A stretch of 61,943 nucleotides of DNA from Zwartia sp. Its GTDB lineage: Bacteria; Pseudomonadota; Gammaproteobacteria; Burkholderiales; Burkholderiaceae_B. The DNA lies in assembly GCF_030653405.1 (NCBI RefSeq), contig NZ_JAURZO010000049.1. The stretch is one strand, 5' to 3'. Below are positions 57,766-61,943 of the stretch, one piece after another; position 1 is the first letter of the stretch; every line of letters begins with the position of its first letter. The notes under the pieces are model-generated. The model had not been told where the DNA came from and made no database searches. It was given only the letters and a program-made list of their open reading frames with translations. A program made the translations under genes and the position numbers.

Positions 57766-58872
57766 ATGCGAGTCCTACACGTTTTTAAGACATTTTTACC
57801 CGACACATTCGGTGGGATCGAACAGGTTATTCATAGCCTTGCCAGTCACACACAGCCATTTGGTGTTGAAAACAGGGTGCTTACTTTGACGCAGCATCAG
57901 CCAAGAACTGAGGTGGATCCGTCGGGGTATACGATCGTCCGTCACAAATGTGATCTTTATGTGGCCTCAACCGGTTTCTCATGGCAGTTTTTTGTCAATT
58001 TCAAAAAAGAAATTGAATGGGCAGATGTCGTGCACATGCATTTCCCCTGGCCTTTTGCGGATCTTTGCTATGAGCTCGCGCGTGTGCGTAAGCCGACAGT
58101 CGTGAGTTATCACGCCGATATTGTTAAGCAAGTATTTCTCAACAAACTGTACCAGCCCCTATTGAATCGCTATTTTTCTCATGTCGATGTGATTTGTGCC
58201 GCATCGCCTGGACTCTTGGGTACGAGCCCGGTGCTTAAACGGTTTAAGGATAAGACACGGTTGGTGACCTATGGCATTCAACAGGCGGATCGTCTGGCTG
58301 GAGATGATCCGGATGTGGTGCAGTGGCGGAATCGTTTTGGAAACAGATTTTTTTTGTTTCTGGGCGCCCTACGGTATTACAAAGGTTTGCACATACTGAT
58401 CGAGGCGCTAAAAGGCCGCGACTATCCGGTTGTGATCGCGGGGAAAGGGTCGGAAGGTGATGCACTTAAAGCGCAGGCACTGGCAGCTGGTTTGAATAAC
58501 TTGCATTTTTTGCCTGAGGTTTCACCAGAACAAAAGCCCAGTTTGATGCGCGCTGCCTACGGCTTCGTCTTTCCGTCGCATCTGTCCTCGGAGGCGTTTG
58601 GTATTGTTTTGGTAGAAGCCGCTCAGCAGGGTACGCCGATGATTAGTTGCGAGTTGGGTACGGGAACCACCTATGTGAATCAGCATGAGCGCACTGGACT
58701 TGTCGTGCAGCCTTCGGATCCTGAGGCCTTTGGTGTCGCCATGGATACTTTTTGGCAACATCCTGAAAAAGTCTGTGTTTGGGGAGCTCAAGCCCTACAG
58801 CACTTTGATAAGCACTTTAAGGCTGAGGTGATGGCCCAAGAGTATTTGGCTGTTTATCAGTCGGTACTTTGA
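57766..58872 (+). CDS. Glycosyltransferase family 4, WbpZ/WbdC-like
   Basis: MRVLHVFKTFLPDTFGGIEQVI, HFPWP, YHADIV, LRYYKGL and FPSHLSSEAFGIVL.EA motifs. Confidence 0.88.
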   Translation: MRVLHVFKTFLPDTFGGIEQVIHSLASHTQPFGVENRVLTLTQHQPRTEVDPSGYTIVRHKCDLYVASTGFSWQFFVNFKKEIEWADVVHMHFPWPFADLCYELARVRKPTVVSYHADIVKQVFLNKLYQPLLNRYFSHVDVICAASPGLLGTSPVLKRFKDKTRLVTYGIQQADRLAGDDPDVVQWRNRFGNRFFLFLGALRYYKGLHILIEALKGRDYPVVIAGKGSEGDALKAQALAAGLNNLHFLPEVSPEQKPSLMRAAYGFVFPSHLSSEAFGIVLVEAAQQGTPMISCELGTGTTYVNQHERTGLVVQPSDPEAFGVAMDTFWQHPEKVCVWGAQALQHFDKHFKAEVMAQEYLAVYQSVL

Positions 58873-58918
58873 GCACGTTTCACACTTTTATAGCTGATCG
58901 AGTTTCACTCCTCGCCAA

Positions 58919-59875
58919 TCAGCGACGACCTGAAAAGAATTGCTTGAGCTTGCGCACCCCGGTTCCAAGTGCTCTTAGCGGACGCGTCACCTTCCAGGAC
59001 GTGCTGTTGTAGACATCGCTGATCTGTTGGTTGAGTGCTGTAATTGCTTGCTCTGCAGAATTTAGGCGCTCAGTGGCGGGTCCAGTTACTACGTTTATTT
59101 CGCGAATGATTGCATCTAAGGCTTCCGGACGAATCGTTTCGTCGTACCGACTAGCAAGAGTATCAATCGTCAACCCAACGTCAATCTCGAAAGCGGATTT
59201 AAAGTGTGTGAGGATGCTTTCATCCGCCGATTTTTGCGCGATCACAGCGTAATCTGGGCTCGCTCCACTCAAGACATCCCTCAAAGTTGGTGATACTTTT
59301 TGTCGCAGCTCTGGTGTCTCTTGAAGCCTCAAGACAGTGGTATTCAGAAAGCCATAATATTTGGGCACAAACATCAACAAGCCCGGTGGGATTGGGCGTG
59401 TATGTGTTGGATCAAGATAAAAACTCGATGTGCCAACCATGATGTTCTCAGGATTGGGCGTCTCCATGATCAGCAGGCCGCCTGGCTTTAAGACCCGATG
59501 CGCTTCTGAGACTAAGGCACGCAACACGTCAAAAGGAATGTGCTCCACGAGATGAAAGGCTGATAAGATCGAGGCTGACGCGTCTTCGAGTCCATTCAGA
59601 GCAGCAATCGCGTCTTGTGTTCTGACGTTCAGATTTAGAGCTCTGCAGTCCGCGAGCATGCCATCATCTAGATCCACTCCAAGAGCCGTAAAACCTTTGT
59701 TGCGGAGAATTTCAAGCCACTCACCGCGACCACATCCTAGATCTAGTGCGATGGCATCTGGATACAACGCTAGCAGTGGCTCTATGAAAGGAAAATAGAC
59801 ATCCAAACGCGCTGTGATCTCGGCGCGAGTGCCTCTGAACGCATGCTCAAACTGACTGTAAAAATCGTCACTCAT
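58919..59875 (-). CDS. SAM-dependent methyltransferase, probable glycan chain terminator
   Basis: FE..FRG, LDLGCGRGEW, HLVEH and ETPNP..YLDPTH motifs; short coiled coil and C-terminal S.SWKVT.PLR; ATGA overlap with wzt. Confidence 0.85.
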   Translation of the reverse strand: MSDDFYSQFEHAFRGTRAEITARLDVYFPFIEPLLALYPDAIALDLGCGRGEWLEILRNKGFTALGVDLDDGMLADCRALNLNVRTQDAIAALNGLEDASASILSAFHLVEHIPFDVLRALVSEAHRVLKPGGLLIMETPNPENIMVGTSSFYLDPTHTRPIPPGLLMFVPKYYGFLNTTVLRLQETPELRQKVSPTLRDVLSGASPDYAVIAQKSADESILTHFKSAFEIDVGLTIDTLASRYDETIRPEALDAIIREINVVTGPATERLNSAEQAITALNQQISDVYNSTSWKVTRPLRALGTGVRKLKQFFSGRR

Positions 59876-61092
59876 CGGTTGATCTCAAGTACCGGAGGCA
59901 TCCAGGAGGATCCAATAAAATGCTCATGTCCAATGTTTATAACTTGAAATACAAGAGCGTGGTCAACCCAGTCGTAATTTTGTCCAATGTGCGTATCCGA
60001 CTCATGCAGAGCGATTGAAATCGAATAGGAGCCCTCGCCAAGGTTGGCAGCAAAGCTCGCGTTGAAGGTCACAAGTTCGCCTGCCTTCAGATGCTGGAGC
60101 GTTTGTTTTAAATAAAAACTATTTGTGCCATAAATGGTTTGACCCAGACGGTCTTTAATGACGTAGCCCATCACTAATTGGTCAACGTCTGTATGCACCT
60201 TAGTGATGACTCGTAAGGTGACCTGTTGTCCGACTTTGACTTGTTCGAGCGCAGTGTCGTTTTCATCTAGCAACTGCACGGATTCAGTTTTGACTGCAGC
60301 GGTGCCAGAGCGCGTTTGTATTCGACCACTTGAGTCTTTTGCCTGGTCAATACGAACAGCTTCTCGCGCACTTAATAGTGCGTTGTAGTAGTCCATCACG
60401 GCTTCCGGCGCTCCCTCGAGGGCGATTTCGCCGTTATTTAGCAGGATGGCGCGATCGCAGACAGCTTGGATAGCGGCCTTGTCGTGCGAGACAATAAGCA
60501 GCGTGGTGCCGAGCTCACGAAAAACTCGGATCCGATCAAAACTTTTGTGTTGAAAATAGGCATCACCTACGGAGAGCGCTTCGTCGATGATGAGTACATC
60601 GGGTCGATGGGCTGTTGCGACGCTAAATGCCAGACGCATCTGCATGCCGCTGGAATACACGCGTACGGGCTCATCAATGTAGTCGCCAATTTCTGCAAAA
60701 GCTTCAATGTCTGGCATTAGGCGCTCAATCTCTGCGCCACTGAAACCTAACAGCTGGGCTGCCATGTAGACATTTTGTCGTCCAGTGAAGTCTGGATGAA
60801 AGCCAATGCCGAGCTCCAGCAAGGCCGCCACGCGTCCGGTGACGTGCACTACCCCACTGGTAGGCTGTATCGTGCCCGTAATTAATTTTAGAAGGGTACT
60901 TTTTCCCGCGCCGTTGACGCCGATGATACCGAGCGCTTCGCCTTGTTGCAGATTAAAATTGATGTTACGCAGAATGGATTTATCAGTGTGCCGTACACCT
61001 GCAAAAGGAACGATCCATTCGAATAAGCGTGACCAGCGACTCGGATATTGCCGATAGGATTTGCTCAGGCCTTTGACGTCGATCGTTCCCAT
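59872..61092 (-). CDS. wzt: O-antigen ABC transporter ATP-binding subunit with C-terminal carbohydrate-binding module
   Basis: GVNGAGKST, YSSGMQMRLAF, IIDEALSVGD and VSHD; about 150 aa Wzt_C-type extension. Confidence 0.93.
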   Translation of the reverse strand: MGTIDVKGLSKSYRQYPSRWSRLFEWIVPFAGVRHTDKSILRNINFNLQQGEALGIIGVNGAGKSTLLKLITGTIQPTSGVVHVTGRVAALLELGIGFHPDFTGRQNVYMAAQLLGFSGAEIERLMPDIEAFAEIGDYIDEPVRVYSSGMQMRLAFSVATAHRPDVLIIDEALSVGDAYFQHKSFDRIRVFRELGTTLLIVSHDKAAIQAVCDRAILLNNGEIALEGAPEAVMDYYNALLSAREAVRIDQAKDSSGRIQTRSGTAAVKTESVQLLDENDTALEQVKVGQQVTLRVITKVHTDVDQLVMGYVIKDRLGQTIYGTNSFYLKQTLQHLKAGELVTFNASFAANLGEGSYSISIALHESDTHIGQNYDWVDHALVFQVINIGHEHFIGSSWMPPVLEINR

Positions 61093-61883
61093 CAGAGCTC
61101 ATCCACGATTTCACTGGCTAGTCTGCGAAATAAACGCATACACCACAGACTGAGGAGTCCAGAGGCGAGGGTAATTGGCCACAGGCTATACCAGTCTGGC
61201 CACGTATTGCTGACCAAAATGTTTTGGTAGGCCGCCACGATGTGCGTCATAGGATTTAAATAGATGAGCCAGCGAATTCCTTCAGGAATAATCGTGATTG
61301 GATACACAATGGGTGTCAGCCAAAACCAAAACTGCACAAATATTCCAAAAAACTGACCAATGTCTCTAAAAAAGACATTCAAAATTCCGAGGCTCAAACC
61401 TAAGCTGGTTGCAAAGAGGACTTGGACGGCGAGCACTGGAAATAAGCCGATAAAGGACCACCCCGGAAAGTGGCCGGACAGAATTAAGAAAAGAGTAAAA
61501 AGTCCAAAGATAATGCCAAAATTTAACAGTGCACTGCCAACGACAATGATGGGCAAACACAGTCTGGGAAAGCTGAGCTTTTTAATGAGGTTTGCATTGT
61601 CGATGAATATTTGCAAGCATCGATTGGTGATCTCGGAAAAGAGCCCCCAGGTTAAAACACCAGCACACAGATAGATGCTATAGGCAAAGGTGGAGTCGAC
61701 ACCTGGCAGCTTGGCCCGCATGATTTGAGAAAAAATCACCGTGTAGACCGTGATCATCGCGAGTGGATTCAGAATATTCCACAGCGCACCCAACAGGGAG
61801 TTTCGGTATTTGGATTGAAATTCCCGAACGATGCTACCTACAATAAACGCTCGATAGCTGAAGAGGGCTCGGAGCATTTGCAT
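61092..61883 (-). CDS. wzm: O-antigen ABC transporter permease
   Basis: KYRNSLLGALW..LNPL, LIKK..FP, RDI.Q, WFWLTPIVYP and NPM motifs. Start uncertain (61898, 61883 or 61877). Confidence 0.93.
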   Translation of the reverse strand: MQMLRALFSYRAFIVGSIVREFQSKYRNSLLGALWNILNPLAMITVYTVIFSQIMRAKLPGVDSTFAYSIYLCAGVLTWGLFSEITNRCLQIFIDNANLIKKLSFPRLCLPIIVVGSALLNFGIIFGLFTLFLILSGHFPGWSFIGLFPVLAVQVLFATSLGLSLGILNVFFRDIGQFFGIFVQFWFWLTPIVYPITIIPEGIRWLIYLNPMTHIVAAYQNILVSNTWPDWYSLWPITLASGLLSLWCMRLFRRLASEIVDEL

Positions 61884-61943
61884 AGGAGGATGTGTCAAGC
61901 TTTGAAGTTAAGTCTTTCATTGTATTATCAAAAACGGTCTATG

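Overview
Chromosomal window from a Betaproteobacterium, most likely Alcaligenaceae (Bordetella/Achromobacter-like gene order and a Bug/TctC binding protein; this is inference). The housekeeping backbone runs lysA-lptM-cyaY-mrcA-aroK-aroB-dgt-uvrA-MFS ... ssb ... fmdB-DUF502-aspS-EEP ... clsB, followed by surface-glycan genes (GT2, uxs, ugd, WbpZ-like GT4, methyltransferase, wzt, wzm). The most unusual part is a ~15.7 kb block (14.1-29.8 kb) between the uvrA-divergent MFS gene and ssb. It holds (i) an OmpR-type regulator and a 7TM-DISM histidine kinase that face each other across a 5'-nucleotidase lipoprotein and an MpaB/Lcp-like heme oxygenase; (ii) a beta-carbonic anhydrase, an orphan membrane-anchored TAXI binding protein, a DUF4239 (bestrophin-like) membrane protein and a beta-helix protein; and (iii) a LysR-divergent TauD/Bug/alpha-hydroxy-acid oxidase/esterase run. 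A shared 16-bp direct-repeat box lies 22 nt before a -10-like hexamer at both the regulator and carbonic anhydrase promoters. Smaller accessory items are a HEPN-MNT toxin-antitoxin pair, a Cys-rich lipoprotein and an AT-rich wzx/RmlC-like/GT2 cassette. I saw no rRNA, tRNA, CRISPR array, integrase or transposase. Family assignments come from motif recognition by eye, not from database searches.
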